From Smithellaceae bacterium (GTDB lineage: Bacteria > Desulfobacterota > Syntrophia > Syntrophales > Smithellaceae), in NCBI GenBank assembly GCA_028693285.1, contig JAQUVQ010000009.1:165-64164 (forward strand): DNA of 64,000 nt, given 5' to 3'. Shown here piece after piece: positions 17,244 through 26,576 of this stretch. The first letter of the stretch is position 1. Each line of letters starts with the position of its first letter. The position numbers and the translations under genes are program-made. The notes under the pieces were generated by a model. It had not been told where the DNA came from, did not search any database, and saw only the letters and a list, made by a program, of their open reading frames with translations.

Positions 17244-19249
17244 GGCTTTGAACTCCCGCATTGCGCGGCGGGATCCGGTTTTTCCAGAACCACCCGCAAT
17301 TTCCCGGCCAAATCGCTGATCGTGAAAGGCTTCTGAATGAAGCCGCTGCAGCCGCGTTCCATGATTTTGCCGGCCTGGCCGTTGAGGCTGTAGCCGCTGG
17401 AGAGCAGAACTTTGACGTCCGGATTGATCTCCCGAATGGCGTCGAAAACATCGCCGCCGTTCATGTCCGGCATGACCATGTCCAGAACGACCAGGTCAAC
17501 TCGTTTTTGCTCCCGCCGGTAGAGGTCGATCGCGTCGGCGCCGTTGGGGACGGTGATCACGCGGTAGTTCAGCATTTTCAGCATTTCGCCGGCCACATCC
17601 AGGATCATGGCTTCATCGTCCACGACCAGGATTGTTTCTCCGCCCGAGGATGGTTCGGGGGCGGATTCCCCCGCTGAATGCCGGTCTTTTGCGGCATGTT
17701 TCTCGGAGGCCGGCAGGTAGATGCTGAAGGTTGAGCCGTGCTCTTTTTCGGAATAGACGTTGATGAAGCCGTTGTGATTTTTGATGATGCCGTAAACGGT
17801 GGCCAGGCCCAGCCCGGTGCCCCGGCCCATTTCTTTGGTGGTGAAAAAAGGCTCAAAAATCCTTTCCCGGGTTTTCTCATCCATTCCGACGCCGTTGTCG
17901 GTGACGGATACCCTGACAAAGCGGCCCCCTTTGCCGCTGTAGTCCTTGAAGTGATTTTCGTCCACGACCTGGTTCTTCGTTTCGAGATGCAGATCCCCGC
18001 CGGCGGGCATGGCCTGCGAGGCATTGATAAACAGATTCACCAGAACCTGTTCGATCTGCTCCGGATCGATTTCCGCGGGCCACAGAGGATCTTCGAGATG
18101 ATGATGAATCTTGATTTCCTTTTTGGTTCGGCCGATGGTTTGGGACGTCTGACGGATCAGGTCATTGAGGTTCACGCTTTTGACTTCATGCTTGCCGCCG
18201 CGGGCAAAGCCGAGCAGCTGCTTGGTGAGCCCCGCGCCGCTGATGACCAGCTTTTCGATCGTGCGGATGTGTTCGCAATTGGGATCGCCGGGGCGAAGAT
18301 TCAAAAGCGCAAGCGAGGTATGGCCCTGAATGCCCATGAGCAGATTGTTGAAATCATGCGCGATGCCTCCCGCCAGCGTGCCGATGGATTCCATTTTCTG
18401 CGCCTGCAGAAGCCTCACCTCCGCCTTTTTTTGCCTTGTAATGTCGCGCATGAAGTTCAGCGTCGCCGAAGCGTTTTCCCACCGCATCATGACGCTGTTG
18501 GCGGCCACCCAGATGGTCGATTCGTCCTTGCGAACCATCCGGAAATGATTGTTTGACGACAGTTCCGTTCCCTGAAGAACGGCCTGCTGCCTCTCGGCGA
18601 TCATTTCGCGGTCCTCGGCGATCACCAGGTCGATGAAAGGCATCGCCTGAAGATCGGCCAGCGGATACCCCAGCATCTTTTCCGTGCGGCTGTTGGCAAA
18701 GCCGATTTTCCCGTTCGCGATGATGAAAATCGCCTCGCTGGAATATTCGATCAACTGGCGGTATTTTTCCTCGGATTTTCGCAGGGCTTCTTCCGCTTCC
18801 CTTCTCGGGGTGATGTCTTTGGAAACCACCGCCACGGCGATGATGGGTTCGGGGCTGGAGGAATCCCGCACCGGGCTGAAGGTGCGAAGAAAATACCGGC
18901 CGTCCCGCGCGCTCTGATGCTCGTCGAAAGCGGACTGGCCCGTTTGGTAAACGCTTTTGATTTTAAGCTCGAATTTGGCGTTCTGCTCGGGCGAGTGAAT
19001 GTCCTTGTAGGAAAGGCCGGCGACATCGTTTTGCGGCATTTTCAGGCGCCTGGCATGGTTCTGGTTGATAAACAGGTAGCGGCAGTCGGAATCCACCAGG
19101 TACAGGGAATCGCTGGTGGAGTCCACCAGGTTGCGGTATTGATTTTCGACAGCCTGCTGTTCGTTCACTTTCCGGGACAGCAGGGCGACTTTCTGCTCCA
19201 GTTCCTCGTAGGTCGGTTTAGCGTTCATGAAGGTTCCCGCGCCTCTCAC
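17240..19249 (-). CDS. PAS-domain hybrid sensor histidine kinase with C-terminal receiver
   Basis: Coiled-coil, two PAS domains, HisKA ([11 protein letters not shown]), HATPase ([15 protein letters not shown]) and a receiver ([24 protein letters not shown]). Start is GTG 19249 (GTGA overlap) or ATG 19228. Confidence 0.88.
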   Translation of the reverse strand: MRGAGTFMNAKPTYEELEQKVALLSRKVNEQQAVENQYRNLVDSTSDSLYLVDSDCRYLFINQNHARRLKMPQNDVAGLSYKDIHSPEQNAKFELKIKSVYQTGQSAFDEHQSARDGRYFLRTFSPVRDSSSPEPIIAVAVVSKDITPRREAEEALRKSEEKYRQLIEYSSEAIFIIANGKIGFANSRTEKMLGYPLADLQAMPFIDLVIAEDREMIAERQQAVLQGTELSSNNHFRMVRKDESTIWVAANSVMMRWENASATLNFMRDITRQKKAEVRLLQAQKMESIGTLAGGIAHDFNNLLMGIQGHTSLALLNLRPGDPNCEHIRTIEKLVISGAGLTKQLLGFARGGKHEVKSVNLNDLIRQTSQTIGRTKKEIKIHHHLEDPLWPAEIDPEQIEQVLVNLFINASQAMPAGGDLHLETKNQVVDENHFKDYSGKGGRFVRVSVTDNGVGMDEKTRERIFEPFFTTKEMGRGTGLGLATVYGIIKNHNGFINVYSEKEHGSTFSIYLPASEKHAAKDRHSAGESAPEPSSGGETILVVDDEAMILDVAGEMLKMLNYRVITVPNGADAIDLYRREQKRVDLVVLDMVMPDMNGGDVFDAIREINPDVKVLLSSGYSLNGQAGKIMERGCSGFIQKPFTISDLAGKLRVVLEKPDPAAQCGSSKP

Positions 19250-19785
19250 GTCATTAATTTTTTCAACTTTCCGGCGAAAATGTCATAGGTCCGCTCATCA
19301 AATAAAACATGGCGAATCAGCTTCAGCTCCGCGCTGCTGCGCGCAAACTCGAGGCAGGTTTGAAGCGCCAGGGAGGCGGCTTCGTGCACCGGGTATCCGT
19401 AAACCCCGCAGCTGATGGCCGGAAAGGAGATGCTGCCGACGCCTTTTTTGACGGCCAGCTTGAGGCTGTTTCGGTACGCCGAAGCCAGCAGGGCCGCCTC
19501 GCCTCGTCCTCCGCCGCGGTACACGGGGCCGACGGTATGGATGACATAGCGGGCTTTGAGATTGCCGCCGGTCGTGATGACGGCCTCGCCGACGGGACAG
19601 CCGCCGATTTTGCGGCATTCGGCCATGATGGCGGGTCCTCCGGCGCGGTGAATGGCCCCGTCAACGCCCGCGCCGCCCGAAAGTGTGCTGTTGGCGGCGT
19701 TGACGATGGCGTCGGTTTCTTCCTCGGTGATGTCTGCGCAAACGATTTCGATCACGGTTTGGTTCACTGTGATTTGCATGCTCAT
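19246..19785 (-). CDS. macro domain protein (O-acetyl-ADP-ribose deacetylase, YmdB-like)
   Basis: 179 aa with AIVNAAN, GGGVDGAIHRAGG and SISFPAISCGVYGYP. Only the last 179 codons of the 464-aa track ORF are credible. The ATG at 19785 overlaps the upstream stop. Confidence 0.88.
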   Translation of the reverse strand: MSMQITVNQTVIEIVCADITEEETDAIVNAANSTLSGGAGVDGAIHRAGGPAIMAECRKIGGCPVGEAVITTGGNLKARYVIHTVGPVYRGGGRGEAALLASAYRNSLKLAVKKGVGSISFPAISCGVYGYPVHEAASLALQTCLEFARSSAELKLIRHVLFDERTYDIFAGKLKKLMT

Positions 19786-21368
19786 TCCTCCGCGGGGATG
19801 GGGGTTCCCTCTCCGTAAACCAGCATCCGGTAGGTTTTTTCGATACGGTCCCAGTTTTCTTCGCGGTCCATCGACCAGTATCGTCCGATCACGGACACGA
19901 CCTGCCCGATTCCCAGCGAGCGGCATTTTTCCTCCACCTGCCGAATATAGCGCGCGCCGCTTTCGGCCTGCTCGCCGCGCCGCCCCAGCATGGAATGAAG
20001 ATACAGCTCGGAGACGCCCTGCTCTGCAGCCATGTCCATCAGGGCAAACAGATGTTCGATGGACCCGTGCGAGCTGAAAAAAGACACGATGCCCATGAGG
20101 TGCAGCGCACGGCGGTTTTGCCGGGCCAGGTTCATGGCGCGCGTGAAAGCCGGGTTTCGGTGAAAATCCCTGCGGGCAATCGACTGATCGATCATCAGGC
20201 GGTCGGAATAGATCCGCCGGCCCGCGCCGATGTGCAGATGCCCCGCTTCGGAGTTGCCCACGGTCCCGGCGGGAAGCCCCACGGCCAAACCGGAGGCGGC
20301 CAGCCGCGCATGGGGGTAATCCCGAAGCAGCCGGTCCATCACCGGCGTTTCGGCGCAGGCGATCAGGTTGCCCTTTTGGCTGTCGCAAAGCCCCCAGCCG
20401 TCTAAAATAAGCAGAAGCAGACGGGAAGCGGGGGCGAGGGAAGGAGGCTTTTCCTGAATCAAAGACGATCCGGTCATGGAATCGGGGACGGGCAGGCCCA
20501 GCAAATCCAGAATCGTCGGCGCGATGTCGGTCAGTTCTCCTTCGGGTTTCAGGGCGGGTTTTTGTTCCGGGTGCAGAAGAATGAAGGGCACGGGGCTGTC
20601 CGTGTGTCCGGTATCCACGCCGCCGTCCGGATACAGCCATTTTTCCACGGTGCCGTGATCCGCGGTGACGATGACGGTCATGTTCCGGCGAAGCGCCTGC
20701 TCCACGAGCAATCCGGCGTGCCGGTCCACCGCCGAAACCGCCCGAAGGATCGCCGGTTCGTTTTCAATATGGCCGACGACGTCCACGTTCGGGAAGTTGA
20801 CGACGATGAAACGGCAGGAGGGGTCCTGAATTTTGGCCCCTGCCGCGCGCGTGATTTCATCGATGGACATTTCGGGCGCTTCGTCGAACAGCCTGACGTC
20901 CTTGCGCGTCGGGACAACGATTCGTTCTTCTTTCGGCAGGGGATCGCTTTTCTTCCCGTTGAAGAAATAGCTGACATGCACGGCTTTTTCCGCTTCCGTT
21001 ATTTTTGCCTGCGCGAGGCCGTGCGCTGCGATGATGTCGCTCAGAGTGTCGGAAAGGACGCCCTGGGGAGGAAATGCGACGTCGGCGTTCAGCCCTTTGG
21101 AATACTCGATCATGGTGGCGAAGTGCACGGGGAGCGCCGGGTGAACGGGGAATTCCCGGAAGTTTTCTTCCGTGAAGCTGCGGGTCAGTTCAATTTCGCG
21201 CTCTCCGCGAATATTGTAGAAAATGATGGAGTCACCCGGCTGGATTCTTCCCAGCGGGGCCTGCTTTTGATCGACCAGAACCAGCGGAAGGAGCGTTTCG
21301 TCTTCCTTTCCCTGCGCGTAGGCGCCAAGGACGGCCCGGGACATGGGAAATGTCTTTTCAGAGCTCAT
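19782..21368 (-). CDS. gpmI: 2,3-bisphosphoglycerate-independent phosphoglycerate mutase homolog, circularly permuted domain order
   Basis: aa 1-303 match the C-terminal part of canonical iPGM (IIFYNIRGERE, NFPNVDVVGH, VTADHG, ILDLLGLP). aa 317-528 match the canonical N-terminus (LILDGWG, GNSEAGHLHIGAGR, GRYWSMDREENWDR). Confidence 0.8.
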   Translation of the reverse strand: MSSEKTFPMSRAVLGAYAQGKEDETLLPLVLVDQKQAPLGRIQPGDSIIFYNIRGEREIELTRSFTEENFREFPVHPALPVHFATMIEYSKGLNADVAFPPQGVLSDTLSDIIAAHGLAQAKITEAEKAVHVSYFFNGKKSDPLPKEERIVVPTRKDVRLFDEAPEMSIDEITRAAGAKIQDPSCRFIVVNFPNVDVVGHIENEPAILRAVSAVDRHAGLLVEQALRRNMTVIVTADHGTVEKWLYPDGGVDTGHTDSPVPFILLHPEQKPALKPEGELTDIAPTILDLLGLPVPDSMTGSSLIQEKPPSLAPASRLLLLILDGWGLCDSQKGNLIACAETPVMDRLLRDYPHARLAASGLAVGLPAGTVGNSEAGHLHIGAGRRIYSDRLMIDQSIARRDFHRNPAFTRAMNLARQNRRALHLMGIVSFFSSHGSIEHLFALMDMAAEQGVSELYLHSMLGRRGEQAESGARYIRQVEEKCRSLGIGQVVSVIGRYWSMDREENWDRIEKTYRMLVYGEGTPIPAEE

Positions 21369-21532
21369 CGAAAATTCCGGCTAAACGTTGAATGATATCG
21401 GGCAGGCTATGTAACGAAATAATGTCGAACTGTAAAGGAAAAAAATATCCGTCCGGCGGGCCATGAGCGATTTGAACTTGAAAATTAAGCGCTTGAATGA
21501 TAGAGGCCCTCAGAAATCGTTAAGAAGGCTCT

Positions 21533-21928
21533 ATGGTTCAGGTACTGCTCAAAGGAAGAGAAAAACAGCAGGAAAATTTGTATGAAGAACTGTTGCGGGA
21601 GAGGGCGGCGGTTCTTGCCAGGGCGGGTTTTGCCGTCGAGGACGCGCTTGAGAAACTGGAGAAGCTTGACCGGCGCATCGGAGAAATGATGAACCGCTGC
21701 CAGTCGCTGCAAACCGGCTCGCCTGTCGGTGCGCATCCGCGGGAACAGCAGTCGGTTTTTGAAGAAATCGACGAAATCATTGATCAATTTAACGCAACCT
21801 GCCAAAAAGCCGAGCTTCAGTATTATTATTTGATCGTGACCCGTGAAGCCCTTGGGTTGCGCCGTCACGAAACGGTGCAGAAATTCTACCGGATTCCCTC
21901 TAAAAAGAAAAAGATGCGAGCGCTTTAA
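21533..21928 (+). CDS. hypothetical protein
   Basis: 131-aa ORF whose stop overlaps the pcm start by 1 nt (TAATG). No family recognised. Confidence 0.45.
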   Translation: MVQVLLKGREKQQENLYEELLRERAAVLARAGFAVEDALEKLEKLDRRIGEMMNRCQSLQTGSPVGAHPREQQSVFEEIDEIIDQFNATCQKAELQYYYLIVTREALGLRRHETVQKFYRIPSKKKKMRAL

Positions 21929-22581
21929 TGGACAGGTATAAAAAACAGCGCATTCGAATGGTGGAAGCGCAGATTCGCGCCCGTGCCGTACGGGACGAAA
22001 GCGTTTTGAAGGTAATGGAGACGGTTCCGCGTCACCTTTTTGTGGACGAAGGGCTGATTAACCAGGCCTACAGCGACAATCCGCTGCCCATCGGGGAGCG
22101 GCAGACGATTTCTCAACCCTACATTGTCGCCCTGATGACGCAGGCCCTGGAGCTCAAAGGCATGGAGCGGGTTCTGGAAATCGGCACGGGATCCGGCTAC
22201 CAGACGGCCATTCTGGCCAAACTGGCCGACCGGGTCTTTTCCATCGAGCGCGTGGCCGTGCTGGCCTCGCGGGCCCGCCGAATCCTGGACCAGCTGAATT
22301 GCTACAATGTCGCCATTCGCGTCGGCGACGGGTCCTACGGGTGGAAGGAGGAGGCGCCTTTCGACGCGATCATTACGACCGCCGCCGCCCCGCAGCTTCC
22401 CCGGCATCTGCTCGATCAGCTTGCTGTCGGGGGCAGAATGGTGGTGCCGGTTGGCGGCCGGGAGGCGCAGACGCTTTATAAAATTACCCGCTCGTCCGAA
22501 AATCCGTCCGAGCTGAAAAGGGAAGATCTGGGGGGCTGCCGCTTTGTCAGCCTGATCGGAGAGAGCGGATGGAAAGAATGA
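21928..22581 (+). CDS. pcm: protein-L-isoaspartate O-methyltransferase
   Basis: Motifs ISQPYIVALM, VLEIGTGSGYQTA and GGRMVVPVG. Confidence 0.92.
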   Translation: MDRYKKQRIRMVEAQIRARAVRDESVLKVMETVPRHLFVDEGLINQAYSDNPLPIGERQTISQPYIVALMTQALELKGMERVLEIGTGSGYQTAILAKLADRVFSIERVAVLASRARRILDQLNCYNVAIRVGDGSYGWKEEAPFDAIITTAAAPQLPRHLLDQLAVGGRMVVPVGGREAQTLYKITRSSENPSELKREDLGGCRFVSLIGESGWKE

Positions 22582-23480
22582 GCCGGCACATTCTCCCCCG
22601 CCGGCATTTTGCCGTTTTCAGACGCCGGTATTTTGGGGCGTACTTGATTTTGTCCATGCTGGTGCTTCTGATGCCCGCCGGGTGCGCGAATTCCCAGGTG
22701 CACAGGAGCCAGGCCAGCGGCGTTTATCACATCGTCAAAAAGGGGGAAACCCTGTACGGCATCGCCCGCGCTTATTCAGCCAGCCTGCAGGACGTGGCGG
22801 AAATCAATAACATCGAGGATGTCTCCAACATCCGCGAAGGGGCCGTCATTTTTATTCCCAACGCCGATCAGGTGATCGAAGACGTTTTGGTATCCTCGGG
22901 GAAAGCCGCCGCGGACGAGAAACCATCCGTCAGGAAACCGCCTCCCGTTTCCGCCGAAGTTTTGCCGCCGCCGGGAAAAATCCCCGCAAAACCGGCCAAA
23001 CCATCCCGACCGGAGGTCCAATCCGTTCCGCCCGGACCGAAATCGGAAAAAACAAAAGCGCCCGTTGAGGAAAAACCGCAAATTTCGGAAGAAAAAGTGG
23101 TGATGGATAAAGGCCGGTTTGCGTGGCCCGCCAGGGGATCCGTGAAAACCCGCTTTGGAATTCAGCCGAACAAAACCTACCATAACTGGATCAAAATCGC
23201 CTGTCCGGCCGGGACAAGGGTGAAAGCGGCGGCCTTCGGGACCGTTATTTTCTCGGCCAATTTAAAGGATTTCGGCGAAACCGTGATTATCCGGCATGAG
23301 AAAGACTTCGCGACAGTCTATACGCACCTGAAAAAAAGATCCGTCCAGGCGGACCAGGATGTGGGGATTGGCCAGACCATTGGACTCGCCGGAAGAGCCG
23401 ATGAAGCGGGGGAAACGTACTTCAATTTTGAAATCCGCCTCAAGGGCAAAGCCCGGAATCCCCTGTTCTATCTGCCTTGA
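22569..23480 (+). CDS. LysM domain / M23 peptidase lipoprotein (NlpD-like)
   Basis: Lipobox MPAGC, LysM (YHIVKKGETLYGIARAY), a Pro/Lys-rich linker and a C-terminal M23 domain. Follows pcm, as in the pcm-nlpD arrangement. Confidence 0.85.
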   Translation: MERMSRHILPRRHFAVFRRRYFGAYLILSMLVLLMPAGCANSQVHRSQASGVYHIVKKGETLYGIARAYSASLQDVAEINNIEDVSNIREGAVIFIPNADQVIEDVLVSSGKAAADEKPSVRKPPPVSAEVLPPPGKIPAKPAKPSRPEVQSVPPGPKSEKTKAPVEEKPQISEEKVVMDKGRFAWPARGSVKTRFGIQPNKTYHNWIKIACPAGTRVKAAAFGTVIFSANLKDFGETVIIRHEKDFATVYTHLKKRSVQADQDVGIGQTIGLAGRADEAGETYFNFEIRLKGKARNPLFYLP

Positions 23481-23604
23481 ATGACCGCCGTTTAGGCCTC
23501 TCCAAAACATTTCTGAAGTATTTCAGTAAATTGTATTAATCATTGACTAAATCAAGCAAAAGTGATAATGTTCAACGTTCTTAAGAAAGGCAGGGAAATG
23601 TCCA

Positions 23605-24090
23605 ATGTTTAAAGTAGGTGATTTGGCCGTTTATCCGGCTCAGGGCGTTGGCGTCATTGAAGCTATTGAAAATAGAGAGGTTATGGGAAAGAAACAGCCC
23701 TTTTATGTGATGAAAATCATGGGCAACGGCATGAAGATCATGATTCCGACCAATTCCGCCAAGGCGGTTGGGCTCAGGGAAGTCATTCTGGAGAAAGAAA
23801 TACCCAAGGTTTACGAGATCCTGCGCAACAAAGACGTTACCATAGACAAACAAACCTGGAACAAGCGATACCGGGAGTACCTGGAGAAGATCAAAACCGG
23901 GTCTGTTTTCGAAATTGCAAGTGTTTTAAGGGACTTGTTCATTTTAAAAAGCGACAAAAACCTTTCTTTCGGCGAGCGGAAGATGATGGATACCGCAAAA
24001 AATCTGCTCGTAAAGGAAATTTCCGTCGCCACGAACGCGCAGGAAGCCAAGGTTGAACGCGATTTGCAGATGATTTTCACGGTGCAGTAG
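23605..24090 (+). CDS. carD: CarD/CdnL family RNA-polymerase-binding transcription factor
   Basis: The N-terminus MFKVGDLAVYPAQGVGVIE... is the CarD_CdnL_TRCF domain. 161 aa. Confidence 0.9.
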   Translation: MFKVGDLAVYPAQGVGVIEAIENREVMGKKQPFYVMKIMGNGMKIMIPTNSAKAVGLREVILEKEIPKVYEILRNKDVTIDKQTWNKRYREYLEKIKTGSVFEIASVLRDLFILKSDKNLSFGERKMMDTAKNLLVKEISVATNAQEAKVERDLQMIFTVQ

Positions 24091-24261
24091 CAAGCGGGTG
24101 CGTGGTCTGTCTCTTTTTCGCTCTTTGAAAACTGAAAATGGACAAACCCTATTTCCCTGAATCGTTTACGGCCCCTCCACGGTCAACAAGCAGTACGGAA
24201 GCATGATTCGCTCATTTCATTCCTGATTCATCATTATCCATTGAATTTATTTTGAAGGGAG

Positions 24262-25290
24262 GTGATACGATTGATCGTAAGAGCTTTACTGATTTTGATT
24301 TGTTCGGTTAGCGGTTATTTCATCGCCTACCACACGATGGCGGCAGCCGGCTCCTACGCTGTTTTTCAGGCAATTTTCGGCTTAATTATAGGCTTGGTCG
24401 TTGCGATGCTGGTTATTCGGATCGAACGAGATATCCGCAGACAGTCCGTAAGGACCATCGCAGGCGGCGTAGCCGGCATGATCACCGGCCTCCTGATCGC
24501 GCTGATCATCGGCTTTGGATTGAACATGATCATCCGAATTCCGCCCAATCAGCAGATTGTTCCATGGATTTACCTGCTTATGATCGGCATTCTGGGGTAC
24601 CTGGGACTGGTGATCGGCTCGAAAAAGGCGGAGGAAATCAGCTTCCGCACTACGGATTCGAGGAAGCTGATGGATCACCGCCTGCTGGACACCAGCGTGA
24701 TCATCGACGGAAGAATCGCGGACATCTGCGATACGGGTTTCGTTGACGGAGAGCTGATCGTTCCGCGTTTTGTCTTGAACGAGCTGCAGTTTATCGCGGA
24801 TTCTTCGGATTCCATGAAGCGCTCCAGGGGCCGCCGCGGACTGGATGTTCTCAACCGGATGCAGAAAAGCACGGCCATCAATATTGAAATTGTCGAGCAG
24901 GATTTTCCCAAAATTAAAGGCGTGGACGGGAAACTGGTGGCCCTGGCTCAGAAATTGAACGCCAAACTGCTGACCAACGACTACAACCTGAACAAGGTTG
25001 CCGAACTGCAGGGCGTGCGCGTCCTCAACGTCAACGAACTGGCCAACGCCATGAAGCCGGTGGTCCTGCCCGGAGAGCAGATGACGGTGAAAATTATCCG
25101 GGAAGGCAAGGAACAGGGCCAGGGCGTCGGCTATCTGGACGACGGGACCATGATTATCGTGGACAGCGCGCAGAAAATGATCAACATGACCGTCGATGTC
25201 ATCGTGACCAGCGTGCTGCAGACGACGGCCGGCCGAATGATCTTCACGGAGCTGAAGGAAGCCGCCGACAGGAAAAGCGGCAATGCATAG
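24262..25290 (+). CDS. membrane-anchored PIN + TRAM domain protein (YacL-like)
   Basis: Four N-terminal TM helices, a PIN domain (LLDTSVIIDGRI) and a C-terminal TRAM. The start may be TTG 24271, which follows GGGAGGTG. Confidence 0.83.
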   Translation: MIRLIVRALLILICSVSGYFIAYHTMAAAGSYAVFQAIFGLIIGLVVAMLVIRIERDIRRQSVRTIAGGVAGMITGLLIALIIGFGLNMIIRIPPNQQIVPWIYLLMIGILGYLGLVIGSKKAEEISFRTTDSRKLMDHRLLDTSVIIDGRIADICDTGFVDGELIVPRFVLNELQFIADSSDSMKRSRGRRGLDVLNRMQKSTAINIEIVEQDFPKIKGVDGKLVALAQKLNAKLLTNDYNLNKVAELQGVRVLNVNELANAMKPVVLPGEQMTVKIIREGKEQGQGVGYLDDGTMIIVDSAQKMINMTVDVIVTSVLQTTAGRMIFTELKEAADRKSGNA

Positions 25291-25385
25291 GCATCTTTAA
25301 GCGCAGGTTTTTTGGCCGGGAAGAAAGATATCCTGAACAGGCCCGGAAAATGGTTTTCCGGGCCTGTTTTTGCAAGAGATTCGCT

Positions 25386-26576
25386 ATGAAAACCGTGGCC
25401 ATTATTCCCGCCGGCGGCTCAGGCAGAAGGGCCGGCGCATCAATCGCCAAGCAGTACCTCCTGCTCCACGGGGTGCCCCTGCTGGCGCGCACGCTTCGCG
25501 TGTTTCAGAACGCGGAGGCAATTTCCGCCATCGTGCTGGTCGTGCCGACGCCGGATGTCGAATCCGTCCGGGAGCGGATCGTGGAGAAGTACAGCCTCAC
25601 CAAAGTGGCCGCCGTTGTCGCCGGAGGCGGGGAGCGTCAGGATTCCGTCGCCAGCGGCCTGCGGGCCGTTCCGCCGGACTGCGACATCGTCATGGTTCAC
25701 GACGCCGTAAGGCCGTTTGTCACGGGGGAAATGATCGACCGGGTTGCGGCCGCGGCAGCCTGTTGCGGCGCCGCTTCGCTGGGCGTCCCGGCGAAAGATA
25801 CGATCAAGGAAACGACCGATGACGGCATCGTCACGAGAACGTTTCCCCGGAGCCGTTTGTGGCAGACGCAGACGCCCCAGGCGTTTGCCTGCGACCTGTT
25901 GCGCCGCGCGCATGCGTCGGCAAAAGAGGATCACTATTACGGAACGGATGATGCGTCACTGGTGGAAAGAATCGGCGCCAAAGTCCAAATGATCGCGGGA
26001 TCCGGTGAAAATATGAAAATTACAACGCCCGAAGATATGAAGATGGCGGAGTCCCTGCTCTGCGCCGGAAGAGGAGAGCGGATCCGCCGCCCAAGCGGAT
26101 TGGGTTACGACAGCCATCGGTTCGCGAAAGACCGGAAACTAGTCCTGGGCGGCGTGGACATTCCCTTTGACCGGGGGCTTGCGGGGCACTCCGATGCCGA
26201 CGCGCTTCTGCATGCCGTCTGTGACGCGCTTCTGGGCATGGCCGGTGAAGGGGACATCGGCCGGCATTTTCCGGATCACGATCCCGCTTATAAAAATATT
26301 TCCAGCCTCATCCTTTTGGAACGGGTCGGAAAGATGGTCGAGTCCAGAGGTGTGAGCATTGAGAACATTGACGCGACTCTCGTGCTGGAGAAGCCCAGGC
26401 TGGCGCCCTACGCGCAGGCCATGGCGGCCAACATCGCCCGTGTACTGAAGATTCCGGAAACGGCCGTGAACATCAAAGCCAAGACCAACGAGGGAATGGG
26501 CTTTACGGGCCGCGGAGAGGGAGTGGCCGTGTGGGCGGTGGCCTCAGGCGCGGAAAGGATCGCGGATGGAGAATAA
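25386..26576 (+). CDS. ispDF: bifunctional 2-C-methyl-D-erythritol 4-phosphate cytidylyltransferase / MEcPP synthase
   Basis: IspD N-terminus (AIIPAGGSGRR, VHDAVRPF) fused to IspF (GYDSHRF, GHSDADALLHA). Confidence 0.92.
   Translation: MKTVAIIPAGGSGRRAGASIAKQYLLLHGVPLLARTLRVFQNAEAISAIVLVVPTPDVESVRERIVEKYSLTKVAAVVAGGGERQDSVASGLRAVPPDCDIVMVHDAVRPFVTGEMIDRVAAAAACCGAASLGVPAKDTIKETTDDGIVTRTFPRSRLWQTQTPQAFACDLLRRAHASAKEDHYYGTDDASLVERIGAKVQMIAGSGENMKITTPEDMKMAESLLCAGRGERIRRPSGLGYDSHRFAKDRKLVLGGVDIPFDRGLAGHSDADALLHAVCDALLGMAGEGDIGRHFPDHDPAYKNISSLILLERVGKMVESRGVSIENIDATLVLEKPRLAPYAQAMAANIARVLKIPETAVNIKAKTNEGMGFTGRGEGVAVWAVASGAERIADGE

Noticed and set aside
19786-20640. N-terminal 285 codons of the 464-aa track ORF containing the macrodomain
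   Set aside because: This part overlaps the permuted gpmI gene in another frame and is Arg/Pro/Gly-rich. The macrodomain starts cleanly at the ATG at 19785, which overlaps the gpmI stop.
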